From Cystobasidiomycetes sp. EMM_F5 (lineage: Eukaryota): DNA of 64,000 nucleotides. The notes beneath the pieces were generated by a model. It ran no database searches and had not been told where the DNA came from. It worked only from the letters and a program-made list of their open reading frames with translations. The translations under genes were made by a program, and so were the position numbers. How positions within the stretch are numbered: the stretch's first letter is position 1; each line of letters opens with the position of its first letter. Of this stretch, positions 26,059 to 40,090 are shown piece by piece. The DNA is taken from positions 434,001-498,000 of the forward strand of contig JBPGPT010000006.1 in the NCBI GenBank assembly GCA_051047955.1. The letters are read 5' to 3'.

Positions 26059-29000
26059 CATGACCCAGGCTCCACCATCGCCAGCCACCAACTGGGTCAG
26101 CCAAATACAACTGCCCGAACCCATTCAGCGGGACTCGACGGGTGCCAGACAACGGCGCAGTAGCAGCGTGTCGACTGCTCGCTCAGCTTCCTCGCCCGTA
26201 CTGCTCTCCACAGTGTCGTCGGTATCACCGCTCAGGAAGCGATCGAGCTCGACGATTGCACGCGGACAACTCAAACCTTTCCCGGGAAGCAGCACCAGCG
26301 ATACCAATCAGGCAGTAGGAGGGAGCTCTGGCGAGTATTCCGCTACTAATCTACTCTGTAAGTCTTGGAAATGCTTCGAGCTTCTGCTTGCGCCCCCAGT
26401 GGCCGGACGGTCTTTTGCCATTTTCAGTGCGGAAAGATATCGGTCTGACATCTGTCCCTGGAAATTGTGAATGTGACAGGTCAAAGCAGCAGCAGTAGTA
26501 ATGGTATTTGCGCACCACCGTGCACTTGCTCACCACAGCAAGACGAAGGTCGCAGCGGACAAGCGGTGCTAGCTCCATCCGGGGTGAAAGCTTCGCCGCC
26601 AGTCACTGCTGGTCACCCAAACGTCACAGCCCCAGCGGCGTCGCCCTCCTTGTCACTTTCTTCGACAACCTCCTCTTCCGGATCATCTGCGACTGCGTCG
26701 TTTGAAACTCCAACCGCTTCAGTCTTTCGCGCCGATGGCACGTTGACACCTTCGACGCAGACTCCGTCTCCCTCAAGGATCGATGCAGGATCGCAAAATC
26801 CTTATAGTACAACTGTGCCTACATTTCTTCGCTCTTCGACCCTTCCTCCACAACTCGAACTCACCTTGGCGTCACCTTTGACCAAACACAGCTTTTCCAT
26901 TGCAGCCTTGCCGACCTCTGCGACCTCTCCCTATTCATCACGTCCCGAGAGCTCAGACTGGATTCCAAGCCATACAAGGCTACCCCGGCTCTCTCTGCCA
27001 ACACCTTCGCTAGTACACCAATCTTCTTCATCCAGTATCGGCAGCACCAACTCCGAAAAATCGCATACTTTCACAGAATCACCCGTTAGCGCTACCGCTT
27101 CCGACCACTCTACACTATACACACCGAGGCGGCGAAGCGGGAGCGACCCTCTCCGATATAACCTTCGACCTGGCCTCTCTCCGGCCTCGTTGGCAATGGC
27201 GCGGTCAGACAGTTCAGACAGCAACGCTACTGGCGAAGATGCAGAAGATGGGCTGTTGCATCTAGCTGCTGCTCACATCCATGCCTCTCAGTTCTCTGGT
27301 CGTGGTCATCCTCTTACGCCCCTTGAGGAACGGTCCCCAGCTCTCTCTATCGAAAGTCCCAGCGCAATCGCGGACAATCCTACAGACCCATTCGCCTTCG
27401 TACAGCCGTACAATGTAGAAGGTGCGACCGATACCGCCGAGGATGATGATGTTCTGGCAAGTCAACCATTCGGGGACGAATCTTTCTATCATGCGTTGCT
27501 CGAGTTGGTTCGAACGGAAGAAGGATATGCAGATGATTTGACAGATCTCGTCGACGTGCACTTTGCATCGCTTACTTACGCAAAATTTATCACGGACGAG
27601 CAGCGGCATATCATCGTACGTGATGCAGCAAGACTCCTCGATCTGCACCGCCGGCTTGTGACGAGGTTGCAGCGGGTCGATGAGGACCTGGGCTGGATAC
27701 GAGATTCAGACGAAATAGCCTTCGGTGATGTAAACTTTACCACTATCGCGTCTCGGCGCTTCAAGTCCTCAGATGCGACGGTTGAAGACGCCGCTCGTCG
27801 CATATCTGCAATCTTCGTTAATGAGGTGCCGTCCATCATGGAGATTTACATTCCATTCTGTTCAGCGCACGTTGAAGCTCTCGAAGTGGTGAAGGAGGCT
27901 GCGCTCAACAGGTACGAATGGGAAATGTACGAGATGCAATGCACCAATCAGCTTGTACATCGCAAGAGTGCTTCGGGCCGCCTTCACTTTGCAGATTTCC
28001 TCATCAAGCCTATACAGCGGATATGCAGGTATCCTCTATTGTTCGGAAATCTTCTTAATTTTGCAGCTACGTCAACTACGGAGTCTGGGTGTATAGACCG
28101 CATTACGGAAGCATTTGACCAGCTCAAAATGGTTGCAACTCAAGTGGACGAGGCTCAGACTGAGCGATCTTTGAGCATAGCGACAGTAAAGGTTGCCTTG
28201 AGAGTCGACGTGCAAAATGTAAGTCTCATACTTTCATTGGAAGTGCAAATGCAGCATCTGACGATAGTCTCCTCATTAGCATGACATTGCGAGTCTGCTG
28301 AACCATCTCGATCAAGTTCTTCTCATCGGAAGCGGTCATGTCATACACACCGGACCTCTCAGCTCGAATGCGCCGGGCGCGCACACTGTCAAAGTCGCTT
28401 TTTTTGGCATACTCCTGTACAATTCGCACGTAGTTATGCTTCGGGCGAAAAAGTCAGACGTGTACGAGCCAAAGCATTGGCTCCCTCTTCGGCTATTCGA
28501 TATGAACAGAGTGCCAGATGGTGAAGGACTGCTTCCGTACGCTGTCAGGCTCTCTTATCGTGATCACACGTTCGAAATAGGCTCGCTTTGTCATCAAGAG
28601 CAAGAACTTTGGGCAGCAGGTGCGTAGATGTTCCCAGTCCATGTCAATCGATTATTGACGACGTGTCGTCACGAACAGGCATCGCTGAAGCCAGCTCCAG
28701 GTCTCGGCAAAGCTGGCTACAGAAGTCCGCAGACCCAGCTGCTCCACCGCAGTTTGACGAGACGACCTTATGCAGCGAACACTTTGGTGGGGCTCCCTCG
28801 GCAACTGTCGACACTGCGTCATCAGGCGTATTTCAATCCGAGTTCAGTATAGTATCATCTGATCAGACCCCACCTCCAGCCGCACCCGCTTCAGCTCCAG
28901 TGCTTACTGCAACTCTGTCGGAAGGCGACGCTGGTCTTGCAGTACGGCCGAAACTGTCGCTTAAACCGCCTGCATACAGAGTTGCGATCGACATGAGACT

Positions 29001-30480
29001 TTCAGATCTCATGTCTGCATCGATCTTGGCTGCTCGGGCTCAAAGCAAACGGTCGCACGCCATGGCTCTGCACGGACCGCCACCTCGCTCAAGCAGCCAG
29101 CCGCCCAAGATTGCCCGACCTCACTCATTCTCGTCAAGTAGTCTAAGCTATCGCAACATTCTGGATTCCGCTATGCCCTCCAGATCAGGCAGTCGAAGAC
29201 CGAGTTTGTCAGAATCCGACGGTCGGCCCACGATGAAATCAATGTTTTCGACTGCTTCCTCTGGCAGTAGTACCGCCACAGCGACTCCGGGTCAATCGCC
29301 TATTGACTACTCGCCACGTCAAGCCTCAAAATTACAGCGTAGCCGGACATCTGCTCAGATTTTTGCTATTGCGCCACGATCTTCAAAGTCTTCGACGATT
29401 TCCAGGATGCGGCGTAGAGCTACTTCTTTGCACCCAGAAGACGCTCCTACAGGGCTCATTGCTGATTTACGGACGCAGCACGCACGACAAAATTCGATGC
29501 CTCTGATGCCGCCAAAGGGAGATGAAATGACACCAGTCTTACAAGAGCCGGTTGATAGTACTCTGTCTACGTCCGGAGCCAATGTTGCCCGCAATTCCTC
29601 CACCTCGTCCTCCTCATCCTGTGGATCTGGCTCGTCCAATTCTCATCCGGGAGGCACTGTGGAGACCCCGCAGTCTTCGCTTCCTGCATCGCCATTGTTG
29701 ACGCCCATCGATCTAGAAACACAAACGAGATGGAGCAAGCTGGGTGATGCCATCACGATGAGTCTATCGCGCAAACGCTCCTTTGTGTCTGCACGGCCAA
29801 CTCTTGCTGTACAACCAGAGTTGGCTGCGCTCGATCCCGGTCAGCTAGCGCAGGCTCAGCGCGCAGCAGAGTATATATACAACGGCATTTCACCCAGCAG
29901 CCGGACACCCGTGGTACGGCACGGACATTCAAGTAGCCTGGGCAATCCATCCGCGCTATCGGCTCATCTCACCGAGCACTCATACAGCTTCGAGCGCAGT
30001 CTGTGGGGTGGCGCTGCCAGCGCACCAACATCAGCGGCCCCTCGTTCGCAATCCCAAATGAGCTTACCATTCTCGGCCGACAAGCGACAGACGAGCTCCG
30101 GCTCGCTTTGGAGCGCTTTTCGAAGCGACAGCGGTATATCGCGCAGTTCGTCACCTGCGCCCTCCATCTACGAATCGTCTCACGAAGATGATTCGGGACA
30201 TGGTTATGCCTCTGGCCCACCTTCTGCCGATCGATCGCCCATGTCTGCGATAGTCAAGCTGGCAGACGTCGCAGAATCGGAGACTTCTGCCGTACAAAGC
30301 GCTTCTTCATCAAAGGTGCAACAGGTCCCATCGCTCATCTTGCCAGGTTGTCCGAGTGGTGGGTCTACCACTGGCGGTAATCCCATGAAGCGCAAGAACA
30401 GCATCACTGCTCGCTTGCGCGCGTTCCGAGCGCTCGGATCTAGCATGACCCCTCTATCCAAACAGACGTCCCGACAGTAA
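26059..30480 (+). CDS. Rho guanine nucleotide exchange factor (DH-PH)
   Basis: DH motifs ALLELVRTEEGYADDL and DFLIKPIQRICRYPLL, PH-like exons at ~28280-28620, and Ser-rich flanks. The start could be 25934 or 26059. Confidence 0.88.
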
Positions 30481-30891
30481 TTGCAGGCTCAGCCTTGCTG
30501 TAATACCTTCAGTACCCATTGCAGTTTTCATCAATCTCAAAAGATCATCGACCCAATCAGCAGTCGCCATGGACAATCATTCAAGACGTTATTTCAGTTT
30601 GAACAGAGTATTCGCTTGCGTCGAGTTCCAACGCATTATCCGTATATCAGTACGCTTATTCATGACATGCAGACGTTGTGAAGCGGGGTAGCAAGCCGTC
30701 AGAGCTTTCATCAAATGATGACGCGGGGCTGAACGAAGTCTTACAAGAGTGATGTTTGCCTGTGTCTTGCCAAATCTCTTCTGCTCGAGCTGCGGGGTAG
30801 AATCGGAAGAAATCGATCGACTTTGCAATTTTCCTGCACCTCGCGCAAAGGGGCCGCTATTTCCCGAAAAGACAATCCGTCATCCATCAAT

Positions 30892-31936
30892 ATGAGGTCA
30901 GTGAACATCAAGATGGCTATCACATCGACATTCAGCTGATGCGCCGTCTTTCTCGCCTCGCAGCAAAGTTTGTGAGTTGGGAGTAACCCGATCGCCACCA
31001 GATTCTTCAGAGAGCACATCCTTACAATTTATGTAATGTGCAGCGGTGCCAAGCGTGCGACAGTCTGTCCGTGAGGTCCTTGAGGGATCCAAGACCAAGA
31101 AGCGTAACTTTGTCGAGACTATCGAGTTGCAAATTGGCCTCAAGAACTACGACGTGCGTTGCAATTTCGGGTCATTCAGCGTTTATCAAGGCTGAGCGGT
31201 GTGTGTGTCATACCCACAGCCCCAGCGTGACAAGCGTTTCTCTGGAACGGTCAAGCTTCCCCATGTCCCGCGACCACGCATGAGCGTTTGCATTCTCGCA
31301 GACGCCGCCGATATTGATCGTGCAAAGCTCATCGACCTAGAGTACCAGAGCGTTGAGGATCTGAAGAAGCTCAACAAGAACAAGAAACTCGTCAAGGTTG
31401 GTTTCCCACCGGGACACACAAAACCAGTGGTGCTTGTACTGATCAAATTGTCATTACCGTAGAAACTCGCCAAGAAGTACGACGCGTTCCTGGCGTCCGA
31501 TGCTCTCATCAAGCAGATTCCTCGTCTGCTCGGACCAGGTCTTTCCAAGGGTCAGCCGTGCAGACTTAGTCGTCGCCTCCCTTTTTACTGATCAATTGTA
31601 ACAACAGCCGGCAAGTTCCCTACCCCCGTCTCGCACGGAGAGGACTTGACCAACAAGCTCACTGAGGTCAAGAGCACCATCAAATTCCAGCTCAAGAAGG
31701 TTCTTTGCCTCGGTGTCGCCATCGGTCACATCGACATGAACGAGGATCAAATCGTCGGCAACGTCATGTTGTCCATCAACTTCTTGGTCTCTCTGCTCAA
31801 GAAAAACTGGCAAAACGTGGCTTCGCTGCACGTCAAGAGCGTGCGTCCATCTCTCGATCGCGCTGCGTTGCTGTCTCAACTGACGGCATATCTACTTTTC
31901 ATGCAGTCCATGGGCAAGCCCCAGCGTCTCTACTAA
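30892..31936 (+). CDS. RPL1: 60S ribosomal protein uL1 (L10a)
   Basis: Spliced MSKVSVPSVRQ...[32 protein letters not shown]...[11 protein letters not shown]...SMGKPQRLY. Includes an 8-nt exon at 30964-30971. Confidence 0.97.
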
Positions 31937-32760
31937 GCGTGCACTCGCACTCGCACTATAACGTAGCATATGGAGAACTACTTCGTCGTCCCATAAAGCC
32001 GTCGCACGCTTACACCCAGGTCGATCTGCCACCACGAGATCTACAAGTCTTGTCGCTGGCAGCTCAAACCATGGGGAGCCGGTGTTATGTCTCTTAGATG
32101 TTTCGTTGTATGCGGAATAGTGCTCCAGCAATTGTCAGCATCATAGCTTGGATCGCCTTGAGATACCTTCTTGCGGGAGATACTTTCTTGCGGTCGTGGC
32201 TCTCGGACCGGCCAACAACACTGAAGGCACTACAACTCAGAACTGATTCGCAGAAGTGATTCGCAGTATGGCTAGATACGCATGCGGCCGTGTAGTGTGC
32301 TACATATCAGGCTCTGGCACTTTCCAGCGCTACGACTTCCTGGCCCGGGCTCCAATACCAGCCGACTTCGGTTGCCCAAAACGTGCGAACAGGCCGAACA
32401 GCCCACACCCGCAAGGTTAAGGACAGCCTGGTTACTGAAGGCGCAGGCTCTGTGTGACAAACCCACAGCCATGCACGGTGTCCGAATGCGAGTTTGGCGG
32501 TCACGGCTGGCTGTTTTTGGCAACCGAACCCTGACAAACCTGACACCGCATCTGGTTACTGACCGCGTCTGTAGAACAATAAAGTCATTCGATGTCGCAT
32601 ATGGCGAAAGCGCTGTGAATCCTTTCGTGTACATAAAGGAGAACGAGTTTCGTATCTTCTCTTGTCTCTGCTTACATCGATATACCTTCTCCAGCATCAC
32701 TCGCACCACCCTTTTCATACCTCCAGCACACGGCTAAGAACCCTATAACACTTACTCAAG

Positions 32761-33959
32761 ATGCGTTACACCTCACTGGCAGCCGCTAGCGGAATGATGG
32801 CAACCCTCGTCTCCGCCGCACCTTACAGTCCTTTCCCCCTGAGCGACGGATTTCCCAATCCAAACGCAGCTCAACTAGCCACGATTCAGCAGCAGGCTGC
32901 TGGCTCTCTGCCAAACAGCGGTTTGCCGACCAGTCTGTCAGATGCTGCGACTACTACGCTCCAGCTCATTGCTCTTAACGAACATATGGAAGTGGCATTC
33001 TTCAACCAATTGTGCGGCAATGTATCCGTCAGCGCGTCTGGCGGATATTCTGCTGACGGCAACGGCCTGAATCGCAACTATGTCATCCAGACTCTCACGG
33101 CTATCCTTAACGTAAGTACGAGTTCGCCGATTTTGCAGAATCGTCTTTACTCATACTTGCGTTCTTTCGTCATTCAGCAAGAGCAGCTTCATGCCATTGG
33201 CGCGAATGCCATCCTGTCCTCAGCAGGCAAGACTCCGATCCAGCCGTGCAGCTACAATTTCCCAGTCTCCACCTTCCAAGGCGCAATTGCCTTCGCTAAT
33301 GCTTTCACAGACATGGTATTGAGCGTCCTGCCCTTGGCCCAAGTGCAGTTTGCTACTGATGGCGGACAGGAGACCGGCCTCGTTCAACTGCTGGGCTCAA
33401 TCATCGGACAAGAAGGTCAGCAAGACGGCTGGTTCCGCTCCGTTCAAGGCAAGAGCGCTTCTGCCGCCCCGTTCCTCACTTCATCGGGACCTGCCTTTGC
33501 CGTAAGCGGAAGATGTTGTCATTTGAGTAGACGGATAGTAGCTAACACTTTTCTATGCTCTCTCAGTTCTCCCTCCTGCAATCAGTGATCGTACCAGGCT
33601 CATGCCCAAATATCAACCTGCTGAGCGCAAAGATCCCCACATTCGCCCCCTTGAATGTCGTAACCACCAACATCCCGACTTCCAACACCACTGTCACTTT
33701 CAGTGTTTCGGGCAATGTCACGGCTTCGGGCAACTCGGTCGTCTACTTGTCCGGCCAAAATCTGCCAGTGACTGTCCCTATCACATCTGCGACCACCAGT
33801 GGCAACACAACCACCTTCCAGGCATCCTTGCCATTCAGCAATGGCTTTGCTAACGGCCTGACGGTCGCTGCAGTCGTCAAAGGCACGGGTCAGACCTTTG
33901 CCAACGCATCATCTGTCGCTGCCAGCACGATCTATGGACCAGGCATGATCATCCAATGA
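32761..33959 (+). CDS. Secreted ferritin-like domain protein (LsdA/Rds1-like), copy 1
   Basis: Signal peptide, FPLSDGFPNP, LQLIALNEHMEVAFF, QEQLHA, SIIGQEGQQDGWFR and a S/T-rich C-terminal region. Two introns. Confidence 0.78.
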
Positions 33960-34293
33960 GAGGGGTTGAGAGAGCGTCAATACCGCGCATATGTAGTCCT
34001 GCGTATTCCCACCATATCACCACGTGTACTCAGCAAATAAAAATATACAGACGTTCCGAGTACCCTTCCGCAAAAGGGTTTCTGGATACCCGTTTAGGAT
34101 GTGTGCATTTACTAAGCTATGAGTCGACTTTGCAGATCTTTTTGTGCGCGCAAGCTGTTTAACTGTTTAGAGGCTCGTTTTAGCAATCCGGCAAGATTTG
34201 CCACCAAATTTGACCAACCGGAAGCTGAAAGTGGAGGTCGCACCACTTCAATACGAACGATGTTCGTCATAGCTCAGCTGACTGTTCACGCAC

Positions 34294-34300
34294 TATATAA
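34294..34300 (+). promoter_or_regulatory. Probable TATA box of the second ferritin-like gene
   Basis: TATATAA about 100 nt upstream of the ATG at 34402, followed by a CT-rich tract. Confidence 0.5.
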
Positions 34301-34401
34301 GATGGTTCTCTTGTCTCTTCTCTCCTTGTTTCCTTTCTTTCACTCGACATCATAAGACACATCCACAAGTCGCTTCTCCATATTTTCTAAAAATATCCAA
34401 T

Positions 34402-35592
34402 ATGCGTTACTCTTCCCTTGCTGTAGCTGGTAGTGTACTAGCAGCTTCTGTTGCTGCTGCACCCTACAATCCGTTCCCGCTCAATATCACCGGGTTCCCG
34501 AACGCAACAGCAAGCCAAGTAGCCACCATTCAGCAGCAAGCAGGTGGTTCTTTACCCAACGGCGGACTGCCATCAAGCTTGTCAGACGCAGCCACGCTTA
34601 CTCTCCAGCTCATCGCACTCAACGAAAACTTTGAGGTTGCATACTTTAATCAATTGGTGAACAACATCACTACTGGCGTCAGCGGATATTCAGCAGACGG
34701 CAATGGATTGAACCGGACTTACGTTCTTCAGACTCTCCAAGCTATCCTCGCTGTACGTATGACCCATCTTCACTCAGCAAGTATATATGGCTGACCACGT
34801 TTTGGCGATGTAGCAAGAGCAACTTCATGCTTTGGGTGCCAACGCCATCCTGTCCAATGCAGGAAAGACGCCCATACAGACGTGCAGCTACAATTTTCCA
34901 GTGTCCAGTTTCCAGGGTGCCATCGGTCTGGCCAACGCTTTCACAGACCTAGTTCTCTCCGTGTTACCCTTGGCGCAGGTTACGTTCGCTCAGGATGGTG
35001 GTCAGGAAGTTGGTCTCGTCCAGCTGGTTGGTTCCATCATTGCGCAAGAGGCTCAGCAAGATGGATGGTTCCGCTCCGTCCAAGGCAAGACTGCGTCTGC
35101 TGCTCCATTCTTGACTACCTCCGGGCCATCATTCGCTGTGAGTAGCATCTTGTGAACGTCGCGTATCCGATGACTGATCTTCTCGGTTCCTCACAGCTAT
35201 CGCTCCTGCAGCAGGTCATTGTTCCAGGATCATGCCCCAACATTAACTTGATCACGTCCAAGCTGCCGTCCTTCAGCCCATTGAACGTCCTTACCGCAAA
35301 TATCCCAGCTTCCAACACGACAGTTCAGTTCAGCGCATCTGGCAACGTCTCGAGCTCGGCGAACTCGATTGTCTACCTCTCTGGTCAGAATGTCCCAGTC
35401 ACAGTACCGATTACCAGTGTCAACATGACTGGCAACGTCACGACCTTCTCCGCGTCCCTGCCATTTTCAGCCGGTTTCGCCAAGGGATTGACGGTTGCTG
35501 CTCTCGTCAAGGGCGCTGGTCAAACCTTTGCAAATGCATCAGCTGTCGCCGCAGCAACGTTAGCCGGACCGGGTCTCCTCGAGATTGCTTGA
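34402..35592 (+). CDS. Secreted ferritin-like domain protein (LsdA/Rds1-like), copy 2
   Basis: Paralog of 32761-33959 with LQLIALNENFEVAYF, QEQLHA and SIIAQEAQQDGWFR. Same two intron positions. Confidence 0.78.
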
Positions 35593-35700
35593 GCAATCAT
35601 GCCATAATGTCACCGCTCTGGTTAAAAACCAGCGGCATTGAATGAGTGTATCATAAAATCGCTACATGTTCATAGGAACTCCAACAGCAATCGTAATCAG

Positions 35701-36234
35701 CTATGATGATACCCACAATTCGTACAATTCGTCGCCATCACGAGCCTTAAAGCACATGTCGGCATCAGAGTAGCCTTTGTTATGCAGCTTTGTTGACTTA
35801 CTCTATCAAAACTTGTCGTTTTCGTGAGATTCTGCTGTATTCTAATGCGGGGTTGCTGATATTGTTGCAGATTGCCCCAGCTCATTGTGTCGTTACTGCC
35901 CTGCTGACTTTTGGTAGGGGATCTAGATCGCCCTTGTACGGTCGGTGTTGAAGAACGGCTAGCCTCCTACGTACTACGTCAGATCAAATACAAGATTGTG
36001 TCGCTTTCAGATGCACATCAGGTTCTACCTTTCGGCCATTGTGATCCGACTTGTTGTCGGCTAAAACAGCAAATCAGCTAGTTGTATGTCAGGACTGGAG
36101 CGCCTTCCGCTACCTTCACTGTTTTGCGTGCTCGCATACTGAGGGCCTTTATTTTGCTCCGGATCCGAAACTGATGCGCGGCCTTTGCCCTTCTCGTTGT
36201 TCATGTACCGAGCCTGCTCGTCGTTGTTTGCCAT
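35701..36234 (-). CDS. Small hydrophilic hypothetical protein, predicted 4 exons
   Basis: MANNDEQARY...QNSE|ADNKSDHNGRK|EASRSSTP...TSFDR|ARDGDELYELWVSS-TAG can be joined in frame by three GT-AG introns. Confidence 0.45.
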
Positions 36235-36369
36235 GCTTCGCAGCGTTGTTGTCGTCTGCCTGATGTCGATTGTAGGAAAGTAAAGCGCGTTCTCGCGAGT
36301 TGGCGTTTGTCTTCTGACGAAATACTGCAAAGACTGATACTTGCCTAAGTTCGGTTGCCTCTCAGCATT

Positions 36370-37783
36370 ATGAGATTGCAGACTGTCGCATTACTATGTC
36401 TGGGCGCGCTCGCCAGGTCGGTTTGTCAACAATGGTTCAGGGGTGCTCGCATCAACGCTGAAATCGCTCCTAGCACGGCCGTTGCATGGACGAACCAAGA
36501 TCAGTCAGTCCTGCCAATCTGGCGCGCATGTGGACGCAGCTCAAGCATGAAATCCCCTTTCATAGTGAAATATTTGACCTTGTCTCTGCGCTCGAAGCAG
36601 CCGAAGGGCCCAAAACCAATTTCTACTCTTTCATGAATGTTTCGCCAACTGCCACAACAGCAGAGATTGCCAAAACCTATCGCAAGCGGAGTTTGGTCAG
36701 TAGTGAGGAATCCTTCAGGCGGAACACCAACGCTCATGCCTGGTCTGATGCAATTCAGGAACTCCATCCTGACAGAGGTGGCGATCCGGAACGATTCGCG
36801 CGTCTAGGTGTCATCTCTGGCATATTGCGTGATGCCGAGCGGCGGAAACAGTATGTCCTCATGTACCTGTGCTAGAGTTGCTCAAGTTAAGCTGTTTCCC
36901 AGTTACCACCATTTCTACGAAAATGGCGTACCGCGGTGGAGAGGTGAGTTGTAAGGCATTTTCTGCGATGAACTGCTCTAATTCTACTCCAACAACGCGC
37001 AAGGCACTGGCTGTGAGTGCCGCTGTACAATGATTCCTGCGGACAGTTTACTGAGTAGTGCAATATAATTCCCAGACTACTACTCTCGTTATAGGCCAGG
37101 GTTAGGATCTGTCCTCGTCTTCCTATCCCTTCTATCCGTACTCATTCAGTATGCCGTACAACACTTCGTCCGTTTCGCCGAAGTCCAGCGTATCAAACGG
37201 TAAGCAAGGCAATGCACTTCGCTGCTTCCCACACGGTTCATCTAATACAAATTGATTGCATCAAAGAATTAAAGATCGCGCCCAAGAGACTGCCTGGGGT
37301 CCTAGCAAGCATGCACCTTCCGCCACAAGCGCAAAGAAGCGTGTCAAGGTTGCTCTCGGCGACAATCAGAGTAATACGGTCAACATGACTGTCGAAGCCG
37401 ATGGTTCGGTCTGTCTGATCGATGAAAGCGGGAAATGTAGGGTCAATGAAATATCGACATCTCTACACGAGCTGATACTCTGGTATACAGCACATCCTGT
37501 CGATGATACGGCTGCGTGCAAGCCATCCATCGGCAGTACATGGCTGCCTGTCGTAGGCCGTAATTTGTGGAGGAAGATTCAGAAGAAGCCGGCGTCGCTG
37601 GATGCTATACCAGCCAGCAATGACCTTGGTGCAGTCGACAGCATACCTCCACCGGTTGACACGCATGATGACAGTGATGCGCCGGATACGCCCAGGAGCG
37701 GGGCCGCTACTCCAGTCGATGGGGATGCTACAAACAGGCGTGCGAGGAGACAGCAAGCAAAAGAAAGCAAGAAGAAGCGATAG
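36370..37783 (+). CDS. ER membrane J-domain protein (Erj5/DNAJC1-like)
   Basis: Signal peptide, WTNQDHEIFDLVSAL, HPD motif, [23 protein letters not shown] and a transmembrane helix. Includes a 9-nt exon at 37004-37012. Confidence 0.88.
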
Positions 37784-38353
37784 GTGCTACAATAGTCCGT
37801 GATGTTATTAGATCAGATGTGTCATCTTCCAACGCAACGCAAAACTATGATTATCTACACATAACACAAAGTAGAAGGAATACCTGGAGCGAAAGCGCTG
37901 CCCGTATTTATCTGAGTTGTCTTGACGGCAAGCCATCCAATTGGACAGCCCAGTGCGTGCTGCTGCTCGTCACGGTGCTCGTACCAAATTTACAGAATTA
38001 TCGCCATTGAACACATGTCACCTCCGCAACGTCCAGGCCTTGTCGTGTGAAGATTGTTATACGACTCAGCAGCTAGACTGGACGGCAGAGGGCTCGTCTT
38101 TTCGAGGTTCTCGATTAAACATGGTCTCGGATGGGAAAGGTCATTTCCCAACTCGCCGTCTGCACTAGCACCCAGCTAGCGATGGAGTAAATATGCGCAG
38201 AGGCATATCGCTGGTGAGCGACTCTAAAAAGAGATCCTGCAAATATGGGGCGAGAATTTGACATGGAGAAGAGGAAACCGGTATCGGCGCTGTAATTTAT
38301 CGGAAAGTCGTGCAGGCTCAATCGAGAAAGCAAGCTTTAACGACCCTCAAAGC

Positions 38354-40090
38354 ATGATATGGCAGCAGATATGGCAGCTCCTGTTCGTTTCGCTGGCAGT
38401 TGTGCTGCTGGGCGTAGCAACAGTCAGGATGAAGCGCGGTGCTGCTCATCCAAAGAGTGTGGCAGTAGTCGTTCTCGGTGACCTGGGCAGAAGTCCGCGC
38501 ATCATGTATCATGCGCAGAGCTTTGCTCGAGCAGGTTTTACAACCTATCTCGTAGGCTACGCTGGTGCGCTAAAGCCTAATGCATTTATCGCGTTGTAGA
38601 GACAGCTAATACGACCTGTTGTCTCAGGAACGCCTGTCATTGAAACCCTGAAAAGCGCGAATAACGTGTCTGTTATTCACGTTCCGACTCCTCCCATATG
38701 GCTGTCTAAGCTTCCGCGATCCCTCTTTCCCCTCTTGGCCGTCATCAAAGTCTTGTTTGGCGCAGCCAGCCTGCTTTACACCCTCTTATTCGCATGCCCA
38801 ACTTTCCCGCGTCTCATACTGCTCCAGGTCAGCATAAAGGAAATCTATGGTGTTATATGTATAGCGCTGAATATGCCTGCCTGCCTAGACACCCCCTGCC
38901 CTTCCGACGTTGCCTATGCTGCAGACAGCGTCCGCAATCATGGGCAGCAAGCTTATAATCGATTGGCACAACACAGCTTACACGATTCTCGCGCTCCGTA
39001 CGGGTCTAAAGAGTCCGCTTGTCCGCGTTGCGTATCAGTGAGCATGCCCTACACGACGACTGATCCATGATCTCATTGTGTCGATGCAGTCTCGAGCGCC
39101 TCTGTGGTCGCACCGCAGCAGCGCATCTGTTCGTCACAGACGCAATGAGAATCTTTTTGACCAAATCGTGGAATCTAGTGTTAGTCCGATACTGGTTACA
39201 TCATAGTTGAATTAGACTTATTGGAATTCTCGCCTTTTAGTGGGCAAACTGTCGCATTCCATGATCGTCCACAGGATAGTTACAAACGCGCAAACCTTTC
39301 CGAGGCACACGCATTGTTTTCCAGGCTGCCTATCCTACACGATGCGGATATCCAATCTTTCTTTGGTCGTCAAAGCCCCTCCGATGTTCACGCAGCGTCA
39401 TCCAACATATTTACATTCTCACCTGCCAATGACGATGTCCAATGGCGAAAAGATCGACCAGCGCTGCTGGTGAGCAGTACATCATGGACACCAGACGAGG
39501 ACTTCGATATTCTTATCAGAGCCCTCGAAGCCTACGAGGTTGCAGCAGGTCGTGCCCACATCGATCTACCCAAATTGCTTGTCCTGATTACAGGTAAGGG
39601 CCCGCTCAAGCAACCTTTTGAGCAAGAGGTCGCCGTGTTGGAGCAGCATTGGAAGCATGTACGAGTCCGTACAGCATGGCTGGAAAGCAAGGATTATCCT
39701 CTCCTGCTAGGAGCCGCAGACCTCGGCGTATCTTTGCATACTAGCTCCTCTGGGCTGGATCTGCCAATGAAGATCGTCGACATGTTTGGTGCTGGATTGC
39801 CTGTGCTTGCAATGAATTTCGCATGGTACGTCTTGAGACTCCTGTACTTTTTGAGGAACGCTGACCATACTTCCAGCATACCTGAACTCGTCACTGATGG
39901 TGTTGATGGGCGTGTCTTTGACACAGCTGAAGAGTTGGCAGAGCAGTTGCAGTACTGTTTAGTAGGATTCGCAATGAGACAAAACAAGCTGGAGCAGCTG
40001 CGCAAAGGCGTACAACGTACGCAGAACATGAGGTGGGAGGAGAATTGGTCAAGGGTTGTAGCGCCAATATGCCAAGAACTGCTGCAGTAA
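38354..40090 (+). CDS. ALG1: Chitobiosyldiphosphodolichol beta-1,4-mannosyltransferase
   Basis: VVVLGDLGRSPRIMYHA, IIDWHN, SSTSWTPDEDF, TGKGP and HTSSSGLDLPMKIVDMFG. Confidence 0.96.
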
